A DNA stretch of 64,000 bases, taken from assembly GCF_964188315.1 (NCBI RefSeq), contig NC_135661.1:45198001-45262000 (forward strand), in the 5' to 3' direction. A model generated the notes under the pieces. The model did no database searches. It was not told the DNA's origin and worked only from the letters and a program-made list of their open reading frames with translations. Below, in pieces: positions 21,118 through 32,551 of this stretch. The number at the start of each line of letters is the position of its first letter. The first letter of the stretch is position 1. Source of the stretch: Podarcis muralis. Lineage: Eukaryota. Made by a program: the position numbers and the translations under genes.

Positions 21118-22640
21118 TGGAGGAAGAGTTATGCTCTTGACTGAACTGGCCTGGGCTCTTTTGAAGCGGCTCGATCCCTTTTATTTTTATTTTCCTTTTT
21201 ACCTTATTTTTGGCTTTGGGAAATGCATCATTTTTAGACCATTTTACCAAACAACTCGGGAAACAAAACTTCAAATGATGTTAGAAAGTGATTTGCCTAG
21301 AACTCTCTCTGTTTAATGTTAGCCTATAACCGGATCATGGAACGTGGGGATATTTTTGAGTCCCCAGGGGTCTCCTGCAGGTCGCTGGATCCAGTTAACT
21401 CTGGACTGCATTGTAGTGACAGGCCACGGACAGCCTTTGCACGTAACGTGGAAAACATGGAAGCCCGGACTCGAGCCCACACTAACTGCTCTGGATCTGC
21501 TTTCGCGTTCCTTGAAGCCCTCTGGCCTCATTTTGCTCTATAGAGGTTTTTAAATGTAAATGCAGAACTCAGGAGGGTTGTAAAACTTTTATTGCATTTT
21601 AGTTTTTGCTTTCCCCCCTCACCCACCCACCAACTCCACCCTTCCACTGACTGGCTCTGCGTCAGCAATGTAGGTTTGGCATGCTCCAGCTGGTGTCTTT
21701 CCTCCCAGATGCTTTGCTTTCTGCAGGGCATCTCTGTAATGATCAAGCTTGTAAATAACTTTTTTTTTACATTTTAATCTTTTTTTCCATTTAATTAAGA
21801 GGTCTGTGGGGGGATGCAGTTTAAAGAAGAGAACCCTGTTATTTTAAACCAGTGGTAGCTAACATGGTGCCCTCTAGATGTTGCTCGATTACGGTTCCCC
21901 TCATCTCTGACCATTGTCTCTGGCACTGATGGGAGTTGGAGTCAGACAGCATTTGGAGGACTGCAAGTTCCCCACCCCTGTTTTAAAACTCTTACAAAAA
22001 TGAATTATGCAGGAATTGGTCCCGAATTAAATATTGGAACCTATCAAATTAGTGGAAGAGTGCTAGCCAAGTGTAATGATAGAACTACACACCCCATTTC
22101 TGTTTCTAAATATATAGACTTGGTCTTGAAACGTGTCACTTAAACTCCCTTTTGAGTTTCAGGTTTTCACAACTCAATTTTCTTTGCTCACTTTTTTGTG
22201 TTTATGAATTCTGTGTTGAAAGCCAAGGTGTTAATTTGTATAGGGCTTCCCAGCCCTTGAAACCTAGGGCAAGAAATCATACTAGGTCATTAATTAAAAG
22301 ATTTGGGGTTTTTAATTAAAAAGAAGAATAATGTGAAAATACAAAATGATGCCTGTATATGAACCATCACATGTTAAAACTACGTAAGCTTTTTATAGAG
22401 CCTCAGTCTTGCTGATTTCAAAACGAATTTTCTTCTATGTATCGCTTTTAAGAGAGCTATCAGGTTAGCTATCTGATTCTAGGTTGATGCATTTTTGTAC
22501 TTAGCTGTACTGTGTGATATTTTTCATTATTTTAGGAAACCAACATGAGATAAAATGTTATAAAAATACATAATGGGGTTTGGACTCTGGGAAGGAGAAT
22601 ATACTGCTGTACAGCTAATAAATAATAATGATGAACCTGT
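21118..22640 (+). other. CTCF: CTCF 3'UTR (3' end approximate)
   Basis: U-rich sequence after the stop; Pumilio element TGTAAATA at 21750-21757; variant TATAAA near 22560 and canonical AATAAA at 22617-22622. Confidence 0.6.
21850..21980. mobile_element. hAT MITE inside the CTCF 3'UTR
   Basis: Same internally palindromic family as 57390-57525; near-perfect 8-bp TSD TTTTAAAC/TTTTAAAA. Confidence 0.7.
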
Positions 22641-23475
22641 GTGCATGCTTTCTGCCTCCTTGGAGCCTCAATAAGTTGTGTGAAAAATAGGATGGAGACA
22701 AGTTTATAATCACTTTTAAGTGAAGGGGGAAGTGAATACATGTTGCCTTTTTGAGCTGTTTGCATTCAGTGGGGAGATTTCCCCATTAAAGAAGAATGGG
22801 CTTTCCCATATATCATAACTATTATTTACTACATATGCATTTTAATCACACAGCACCTTTGGCTTTTTCATGCATTGTATTAATGGGCCATGCACATCAC
22901 TTCTACAAAAGATGCTTAAAATGTACTTGCAAATTGGAATCCATGCACAAGATTCTGAGTTCTTCTCTTCCATTTTCTTTGAAGCATAGTCAACCTAACA
23001 ATATCAAATGTAAGACCTATTTTCAACCAAACTTGGCCTGCTGACTTTCTCCTCAAGGGGCAGGGGGATGGCACACTGGCTCCCAGTTTGCTATGGCAGG
23101 AGGAATATTGCTTTCCGCAATGGGGATTGGTGGAGGCTGTGCACTGCCAAAGAACAAAGGGGTGGGGAAGTAGTGAAAAAGCTTTATGGAATGGCAGGAT
23201 ATAGCTGAAGCAGAAGTAATAAACAGCATAGCTGTTATACTGGACTTTGGCGTTTCCAGAGTGCTTTTCCCAGTTGCTGAAGTGCTTCTCATGCATTCTC
23301 AGAAATGTTTGTGGCAATATGGTGACGGCCAATATCAGAGCTGAGCTATATTACTAACAGCACTTTCTGGATTGTACCAATTATAAGATAAGTGCATTTT
23401 TAATTCATCTGTTCTAAAAAAGTGTAGGCTCCAGCACATAGAAAATCAGCTTATCAAGGGCTGAGGTTCTAGGTA

Positions 23476-23706
23476 CAGTGGTACCTCGCAAGACGAATGC
23501 CTCGCAAGACAAAAAACTCGCTAGACGAAAGGTTTTTCCATTTTCGAGTTGCCTCGCAAGACGAATTTCCCTATGGGCTTGCTTCGCAAGACGAAAACGT
23601 CTCGCGACTTTGTTTCCTTTGTCTAAATAATAATTTGCAAGACGAAAAATTCGCTAGACGACAAAACTTGCGGAACGAATTAATTTCGTCTTGCGGGGCA
23701 CCACTG
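23476..23706. mobile_element. TcMar MITE (CGCAAGACGAA-repeat family)
   Basis: TA|CAGTGGTACCTCGCAAGACGAA ... TTCGTCTTGCGGGGCACCACTG|TA. Confidence 0.85.
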
Positions 23707-23821
23707 TAGTACTTTTCATGAATAGCTATTAACATGGCAAAGAAAGATGTGCTGTGGACAGCCAGTCTTATCTCGTAGTGGGTACATGTAAAATTTTTCT
23801 CTTGCACAAGGGTACACAAAT

Positions 23822-24174
23822 GGGATGCGGGTGGCGTTGTGGGTTAAACCACAGAGCCTAGGACTTGCCGATCAGAAGGTCGGCGGTTTGAATCCCTGTG
23901 ACAGGGTGAGCTCCCGTTGCTCGACCCCTGCTCCTGCCAACCTAGCAGTTCGAAAGGACATCAAAGTGCGAGTAGATAAATAGGTACCACTCCGGTGGGA
24001 AGGTAAACGACGTTTCCGTGCGCTGCTCTGGTTCGCCAGAAGCGGCTTAGTCATGCTGGCCACATGACCCAGAAGCTGTACGCCAGCTCCCTTGGCCAAT
24101 AAAGCGAGATGAGTGCCGCAACCCCAGAATCTGCCACGACTGGACCTAATTGTCAGGGGTCCCTTTACCTTTAA
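23822..24174 (+). mobile_element. Full-length Sauria SINE
   Basis: tRNA-like head GGGATGCGGGTGGCGTTGTGGGTTAAACCACAGAGCCTAGG, central AGTCATGCTGGCCACATGACC, tail GGGGTCCCTTTACCTTT. Confidence 0.88.
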
Positions 24175-24620
24175 CTTGTGGCACACACGCTCACACTATG
24201 ATGTAGGGCTTGATAAACCTGTTTTTGCTTCCTAGAAACTTCAAAAATGGATGGCGTAGTCTTGTGTTCAGTTTAGGAACATAAAATTTTGCTGGAGCAG
24301 ACTAGCCTAATATCCCATTTCCCATCATAGACAACCATTGGTTGTTGGTTTTATTCTATTTTATAGCCCCTGGGTTAGCTGCCTTGGACTGTATAATAGA
24401 AGTTGGAATAGAAATATTTTAAATTTAGAAATAAAACATGCTACTGGGAAGTTCATGAGGATATGAAGGGCTCTTGCAGTTTTGATTCCCAGGTATTCAG
24501 TATTCAAAGGCCATTCAACCAGGAGGGCTCCATTTAGCCATCATTACTTCTAATAGTGAACTTGGGTGAGTGCCAGCAGGTATGAGGCCATGGAGAAGCG
24601 GGATTATCAACTGCTTAGAG

Positions 24621-24860
24621 CAGGGGTAGGCAACCTAAGGCCCGGGGGCCGGATGCAGCCCAATCGCTTTCTCAATCTGGCCTGCAGATGGCCTGGGAAT
24701 CGGCATGTTTTTATGTGAGTAGAATGTGCCCTTTTATTTAAAATGCATCTATGGGTTATTTGTGGGGCATAGGAATTCTTTCATTTATTTATTTTTTTCA
24801 AAATATAGTCCAGCCCACCACATGGTCTAAGGGACGGCTGAAGAAGGTTGCTGACCCCTG
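24621..24860. mobile_element. hAT (Charlie-type) MITE
   Basis: TIR CAGGGGTAGGCAACCT / AGGTTGCTGACCCCTG; perfect 8-bp TSD GCTTAGAG. Confidence 0.88.
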
Positions 24861-24980
24861 GCTTAGAGGAAGCTAGAAATACGCTGATTTAAAATAACAG
24901 TAACCAGGGGACTAAAAACTAGCCCAACGGGTTGAGCATGCTTAGTAGAAACAACATTTAGTGTTGGAAAGGAAAAATGA

Positions 24981-25137
24981 GGGCCCAGCTCAATGGATAG
25001 CTCAGTTGGCATGGTGCTGATAACACTCAAGGTTGCAGGTTCAATCCCTGTATGGACCAGCTGCATATTCCTGCATTGCAGGGGGTTGGACTAGATGATC
25101 CTCAGGGTCCCTTCCAACTCTACAGTTCTATGATTCT
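24981..25137 (+). mobile_element. tRNA-headed SINE with CR1-type 3' tail
   Basis: A-box-like TAGCTCAGTTGG, B-box-like GGTTCAATCCC, then CCTGCATTGCAGGGGGTTGGACTAGATGA...CTATGATTCT. Confidence 0.75.
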
Positions 25138-25525
25138 GAGAGGAATGCCCTGCCTGAATCCCTTCTAATGTAAAACATCCTCAAGAAGCATGTGGTTCAC
25201 TGCATTTTTTGAACACGAAGAGTACTACAGCTAGAAGTTGATAACACATTTTGTTGCAGGTTCAGTTAGTCACTACTATTGATCAGGGATTGGAAACCTG
25301 TTGCCCTCTATATATTATTGAATTCTCAACAACCAAGGCCAGCAGCTAGGAATAGTAAGATAGTAAATCGAACAACAACTGGAGGGCTACTGCTTTCCCT
25401 TTTGTGATATAGAAGCACTTACATATAATGAATTTGTCTAATCAGTTTGTTGGCTCACTGTTTTTGCTGGTCCAACAGTAAATAGTGGCAGCCTTCAGTT
25501 TGCCCTCAGGCTGTTAAAACTAGAG

Positions 25526-25575
25526 AATAATCTTTAGTGCTTATTGCCCAAATAATCTTTAGTGCTTATTGCCCA
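25526..25575. repeat. Perfect 25-bp tandem duplication upstream of the CARMIL2 ATG
   Basis: AATAATCTTTAGTGCTTATTGCCCA x2. Confidence 0.9.
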
Positions 25576-25912
25576 AATTCTGCAGGACTTTTCTTCAGCT
25601 GGGCCAGTTTCACACAATGCTGTTTGCTCCTTGGATACATTATAGAATAAGCAAGAGCTCACCCTGGTACTCAGTGCTGTGCTCAACTAATTTGCTTTTT
25701 TTACTTTTGCCTGTTGCCTGCTGCCTGTTTTCTTATTCAGTATGTTTTGAGGTGGGTGGGAGACAGGAAGAGGCACCCTGAGGTGAAGAGGAGGAGGTAG
25801 GAAGCACGGCAGCTGCTGCCTTGTTAGTAACCTGCTTAAACTTGACGGAAACAAGTGTTCATTCTGATGCTTTTGCAGAAGGCCAGGCTTCTGCTCGAGC
25901 AGGATCCAGAAG

Positions 25913-25952
25913 ATGGCTGCCTCTTTCAAGGAGATTCCTGCAGAACTGCATG
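25913..25952 (+). CDS. CARMIL2: CARMIL2 exon 1 coding part
   Basis: aagATGG context; [13 protein letters not shown]; donor G|GTACGT; phase 1 matches exon 2. Confidence 0.8.
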
Positions 25953-28900
25953 GTACGTAAAGGGTTTGTCATGCAAGGAAAGGCCAATAGATCTTTATGG
26001 TCACCTTGGTTCTGGATGTCATTTTTGATAGTGGGGTGCTTTTGTGTAAAACCTGCCTCCATTTCCTCAATGTCTCTCTGTTTACAGATTAAATTCTAGG
26101 CCAGAGATTTGAGCTCTAATTCTGGCTTTGGGACTGAGATGTTAGTTTTGATAATGTTTTATGGTGATGGAGGGAAAGGGGGAGCAACCAAACAGAGGTG
26201 CTTTAATCTCGTAATTTTCAGAAATATGACAAGCTTCAGATGCATTAGGTGTACTTGGCTAGCACCAATTTTTCTACACTCATGAGGGCTGGAGCTGCAC
26301 CTTAAAAATAAAATAAGTTGGGACACCAAAAATTATAATAGAGCTGGGCCTTGTAGCCTGTCATCTAGCACTTTCCCTCCAACTGCTTCCATATATAGAT
26401 GCTCAAACAGTAAGAATCTAGAAGGCCTAACAGAAGGCCCACAAGAGCTACTGTACTTTGAAATCTCAGAGCAATCTTGCCTGAACAGAAACTCTTGTGC
26501 TGCAGTTTAATAAGCAGTAGCTGACAAGCTTCACAAGCCTGAGAGTTTAATTAACGGCCCAGTGTATCAACTCCCTTTGACTGGCAATGCTTAGCACTGC
26601 CTTTAAAAGCAAAAATGGGATACTCTGGTTTCTCTCCAGATCATATAAATCTTTCACCTTTTAGAAACAAAAATTGCCACGAGCTAAAACAGAATTACAT
26701 TTTTCAGCACTCAGTGTTTTTTCCTCAGGTGCCTACGTACGTAGAGGTTGGTTAGGTTGGCCCCCACCAAAATTGTGAAGAAAGATGGAGAGAGCTGGCG
26801 ATTGCCAAGGTAGCAAGAGACAATTTGTGTGTGTGCCGATACAGCTCCTTGCCTAGGGCACAAGGGAGCCTATGTACGTCTCTGATTTTACTATTTTACA
26901 CACACTGATGGTGACTCCAGAAAGTTTAGAAACTCCTGATAATGAAGACATGATAATACCAACTACGCAAAAGTCAGTAGGTCAAACAAAAGTAGACTTC
27001 CAGCTTCTGTGGTCACCTTTCCTCACATTTATACTTATTCCTACCCATGGATTAAAAAGGCTACGCTACAAATGTTGTATCCCAATATAAAAACTGAGGA
27101 AGTAGTGTTTTTTTTAAAAGAAATGTTTTATCATATTATGCATTTTTGCATTAAAGGTGTATGGGTGGTTGTTTTTAATGAAAACAGATGGGCACTGATA
27201 GGATTGCAGCAGGCATGGAAGGTAAATGTAACCCTTCCCCCCCCCCCCCCCCTGCTTCTGTCCTGAGAGAAATCACTCCTTTGTAGCTGCTAATGGAAGG
27301 AAATCCCCTGTTGGCCTGCTACAATGCCAACAATTATCAGCCCCATGTAGCCCTGGTGATGCCATTTGATTCCCCCCCCCCCCCAAATGAGCATAATACA
27401 AAAAAATACTTAGATAACATAAGCCCTTTAGAGGACTTCCCCCGCCCCAAGGCAGAAAGTGAGCTATCTTATTTTAGCACAACTTTTAGCCAATTGCCAA
27501 AGCCTCTGGTCCTGGTTCTGTGCCCAGCCTCACCTTAACATTCATATTCCTTGCTATTATTTTGGCAGCTAAGACTGCAATCCTATTTATTTTCATTTAT
27601 CTGGGAGTAAGCCCTATTGAACTTGGGACTGCTTCTGAATAGACACATGCTGCTAGAATGCAAAATTTTGTGACCCTGACCCATGTACATTTATGCATTA
27701 TAAAAATTTAACGTATTTTTATACTGCTTAATTACCAAAGTTTCTAAGCAGGGATTTGGCAACTTGGCTTAATTTTATTCAAGCACATTTAAAATAAAAA
27801 ATAATAATAATACAATCTTCTATAGACTTCCCACGTTCCCATTCTGCTCGAGAAAAGTTTTATGAAAGCTCAAGACCGGTTTAGAGATTGTGGCAAGGAT
27901 TTCCTCCCCTCTTTTAGGGGCTTCTGTAAAAGAAAGAGTCTGCCACATGTCTGCAGGCCATTTATTTATCCCGTCTTGTCTCTTTTTCAGAAAGCATCAC
28001 CAATTTATTAGGGACACATGACATCATCCTGCTGGATGCTCAACTCCACATCAAATCCAAAGTTGAAAATATTGTCCTGGTATGTATAGATAGCTCAATT
28101 TTGGTTTGTGTATGTTTCCCAGGTCTCTACACCATGCAGCTGAATGTCATGGCCTGTAAAGATTTCCTAGGTCACATGCATCCCAACATGCTGCAGCACT
28201 TATATGGATCTTTCTTGATAAAGAGTAACTACAAATATCCATCAATACAGAAATAATGAATTAGGGTAGCATTCTGTATACCATTCTAATTACTGTAATC
28301 TGGTACTGCTGAGTACTTGCTTCTGCACCTCTGTAATATCTACTCAAGTTGTATGTTTGCAAGTAAACATTCCTGCATTGCAGGGGGTTGGACTAAATGA
28401 CCCTTGGGACCCCTTCCAACGCCACAATTCTATGATTACCAAGTTTACTATTCCTAAGCATATTTACATGGATGTACATTCCACATATTTTAGTGTTACT
28501 GTAAATTATTCCTAAGTAACTAAGCTTTGCAATCAGAAGCAAAGAGACTCTTATTTTATAATGGCAAAAATTTTGATTATGGGAGAAATATAGGTATAGC
28601 TGCAGTCTCATCCTTTATGAAACATTCAATTGGACTAACAAGAAAAAGAAAAGGCATAACTAAGTCTGCAGTCCTGTACACACTTACCTATTTGAACTTG
28701 TGGAAGGAAGGTTCATTAAAACTCAATTGAGCAATACCTCTGAGCAGAACCCATAATCTTTAGATTTCTTACCCACCTTTCATCATAAGGGCCCGGGTTG
28801 GATGGCAACAATATGAAAATCAATTAAATATTTTTAATTCTTAAGGATTCTGCTGTTAGCTTTACAAACAGTGGAGACAATAGATACAAAAGTGTAAAAA

Positions 28901-31900
28901 TTTAATATAAGATTAGGCAGTATACTGCAGAGTAGATCCTGTAATGTAGGTGCAACCTGTTCTGACCAAAATAAAATAAAATTGAGGTTCTTTAAAGAAT
29001 TGCAGCTTATTTATTTATTTATTTATTTCCTTTCCTCCAATTGGCTCAGGCTAGCAAAAGCATATACGGTTTGTCTTACCACCCCATTTTGTTATTGGGG
29101 TGTGTGTGTGTTTAAATCTACTGTATAATGTTTTATTTATTAAATTTGTATTCTACCCTGACGATGATCACAGGGTGGTTCACAACACACACAGTTATTA
29201 TATTGTTGGAAATCACCTTGAGACTTTTGCTTTGAAATGCAGCTTATAAATAGTCTTAATAAGTCACAAACTACTTTGCAAAGGACAGCCCTCTATTTGA
29301 AGGATTGCCTGATCCAAATACAGAGATGAGGAACCCTAAGAAAAGATAGCAGGTGCCTTGAAGCTGGCAATCCACAATTATGACACCTGAGCAGCAGGCT
29401 GATCAGGCACACAGAGAACCTGATCAGTCTTCCCCCTTCACGGTGAGATGCAGGGCTTTTTTCAGCCGGAAATCACTGGAACTGAGCTCCAGCACCTCTC
29501 AGGTGGGCTGCCATTGCCATTATAAGAGAACCAGAGTTCACAGTGAGTTCCAGCACCTCATTTTCCAGGAAAATAACACAGATGAGGTATATTGCATTTC
29601 TTATTTAAATGACAGCAATACTTTGAAAATTTGCACCTGTAGCTATAAACTAGCACATGTACATTTTATGCAATTCTGTGTCCTTGTTCTTGATCATGCA
29701 GTTTTAAGTGGCCACCTTCGATTCAATACTTTATTTTGGGGACTGAGGCCTTAAGTTTCTCTCAGCCTTCTCAAAATTGGCCCTCTGGCAAAATTATGCC
29801 CCCCCCCCCCCCGGTTACTGATAAAAATTGCAAAAGTAAGTCCTTAAGCCCCTTGTAGACGTTGTTCACCATTTTCTCTCATAAATCCCTGTATGTGAAA
29901 ATGCAATTAGGCCTCCTCCTCCTCCTCCTCCTGATCTCTGCTCTCTTTGGCCTTGCCTTGCTATCCAGGTTTTGATGCCCTGGCGAGCTCTGGTGGTGCT
30001 GGCGAAACTCCCGGTCAAGGTAAGACCTGCCCTAACCATGGTTTCTCTTAGGACTTTTTTTGTATTGGATCAGCTTGTTCTTTGTTGCAGATTGTTTCTT
30101 CAGCTTGTAAACAGCCTTGTGTGTTGTAATATAGGAAGGTCGCGTATAAATTAAATGAAATGTGTATAAATAGGAAGGTGGCGTATAAATGAAATGAAAT
30201 GAAATGAACTTGAACCCCAGAGCAGGCCCTCCTGGCTCTCTTCTCAGAGCAGTTAGCCGTTCTAGTCAGGTTTGCACTCCTTCCTAAAATACCACATTTT
30301 CAATTGGTCTCTGGAGGCCCAAGAAGCCTTGGTGGCTTCATATTATTACCCATCCCCAACAGTGTAATTCTAGCATTATGTGGGATTTGGTTTTTTTCTT
30401 TCCTGTTTGCAATAGTTTTTATTTGATTTTACAAATATAAATTTATAACATTACCAACTACATATCCATATAAGGAGATTTCTCTGAATCTCGAGACATC
30501 CCGCCCCCCATCCTCTCCATGGGTCCTATTGTCAACATTTTAAACTGCATATTATTTTATAATCTATATTTTGTATCTGTCCATATTGTCCATAGTGTTT
30601 GTTACATTACAAGTGAGATTAATATCCTGCTATCCTGCTAATGTTTTCATCTGCTTACAGTGGTCACCTAAATAAAATTTTCCCATTCTTTCTTGAAGTT
30701 TTTGTGTTCTTGGTTCCTGAGCTTTCCGGTCAGTTTTGTCATTTCAGCGTAGTCTAACAGCTTGGTTTGTTCATTGTACAGGATTTCTTTATTAGTTAGG
30801 AATTCTCCCCAAACTAAAATCCCCTCATACTGTTACATAATATGCTATTTCATTACCACAGGAGTCCCAGGCAAACCCTAGGCACAAACTGAATGACAAA
30901 CCAGTGAAATTTCTCAGTTGTTTTTTTTTTTAAAATTATAATTCTACTACTTTTTGCTTTAATGCAGTTCATGTTTCTTTTTTGAGGCTCAGCTTTCAGG
31001 CCTTTCTTGACTGGGGAAGTGGGAGGGGTACATCCTTACTTATTTATACCACAGGCCTTGTATACTGTTTAATAATAATAATAAATCTCTAAGCTGTTTC
31101 CATAAAATATTCATTACAAAATAGCAAAAAAATAAGACTTTTAAAAACAGGAGACAAAATAATATCAAAATATAGACAAAATAATATCAAAATATAGATA
31201 AAAGAAAAACATTTTTAAAAACAAATGTTTTTACATGTATGTATGTTTTTACATGTTCATTTAGGCTTGCCTAAATGAAACAGTTTTTGACAGGGTCCGA
31301 AAACAGTATAATGATGGCACCTGACTAATATCAATAGGTAGGGAGTTCCATATAACTTTCTGGTTTAAAATGCTAAAGTATAAACTATTGTGCAACTCTC
31401 CCCTTCCGAAAACACATATTATTTCATAGAATTGTAGAGTTGGAAGGGACCTTAACCTGCAGGAGAGCTGTGCTCACAGCTTATGCAAGACAAGATGATA
31501 TGAAAGCATTTTCTGTGTTGGTAAATATCTGAAGAATAAAATATTGTTATTGCATCAGTTACAAAGGACACACACATACAGGTGTACATTTTAGGTTTCC
31601 CTTTAAAATGCATTGGCTACCTGATCCCTCTGCACTTACCTACCTTTGCATGTTTCCACCTGCAGGTACAAGTAAGCTTCAGCTTCTTAGCTGTGCAGAT
31701 CATCACGATAGGAGGAGATAACTGGGTGAGTGCAAAATTTTTGGGATCAGGCTGTTGTGATTCTCTCCCTGTGCCATACAGACATTAAGCACACTTTTCC
31801 TCCCCTCCCTATGGGGCAAGGGTCTAGTGTTGGGGGGGGGCAGATGCCAGATAATCTTTCCCCACAGTAAATGCTACAAAGCTGTCATGTGTGCACATAG

Positions 31901-32518
31901 ACCAAGATTTTGTATATAACTGGTCCCAAATATTCATTTTAATCATGTCCTTAAACCAACAAGACCATCCTTAATGTTGCCATTTTATTTTATTCCATTC
32001 CATTTTATTTACTATGTCTACTTCTGTACCTTCTGTAACAAAACTGATGTACAGAAATGAAGGTGATGTTTTCTTGGCACTGGAAATAAAATGACAGGGA
32101 AGCTTTCAGCTGCTTGATTTATGTGTGTCAGACCACTGTAAAGGCACAGAAGTGGGACCAGTAAATTTTTTGATTGCTCTGACATTAAACAGCCAGTCGA
32201 TTGTCATTAAAATTACTCATGTCCAGCAGTTAAAGGGCAGTAGACGACATTCTCTCTTGGTAAAAAAAATAATCCCGTTTCTGATGCTTACTGAAGAATC
32301 AAAGGGCACTCCCCAAATTGAAGAGGGGGGAAAAAGAATTACACCACATTCTATTGTTGATTGGTTTAATAAAGTGCGGACAAATGCCTTAATGAGCCAA
32401 CTGACCCATTATAAAAATATGGAAGAAATAAGTGTATACCATCAGTCTTCAAATGGTGGGTCTGGACTCACTCCTGGGTCATGGACTGATCTACCACCCT
32501 ACAAATATATAGCAAGTA

Positions 32519-32551
<33 letters not shown>

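Noticed and set aside
24981-25070. tRNA gene
   Set aside because: A- and B-box-like motifs are degenerate and run straight into a CR1-type tail, so this is a SINE head, as at 49106-49293 and 23822.
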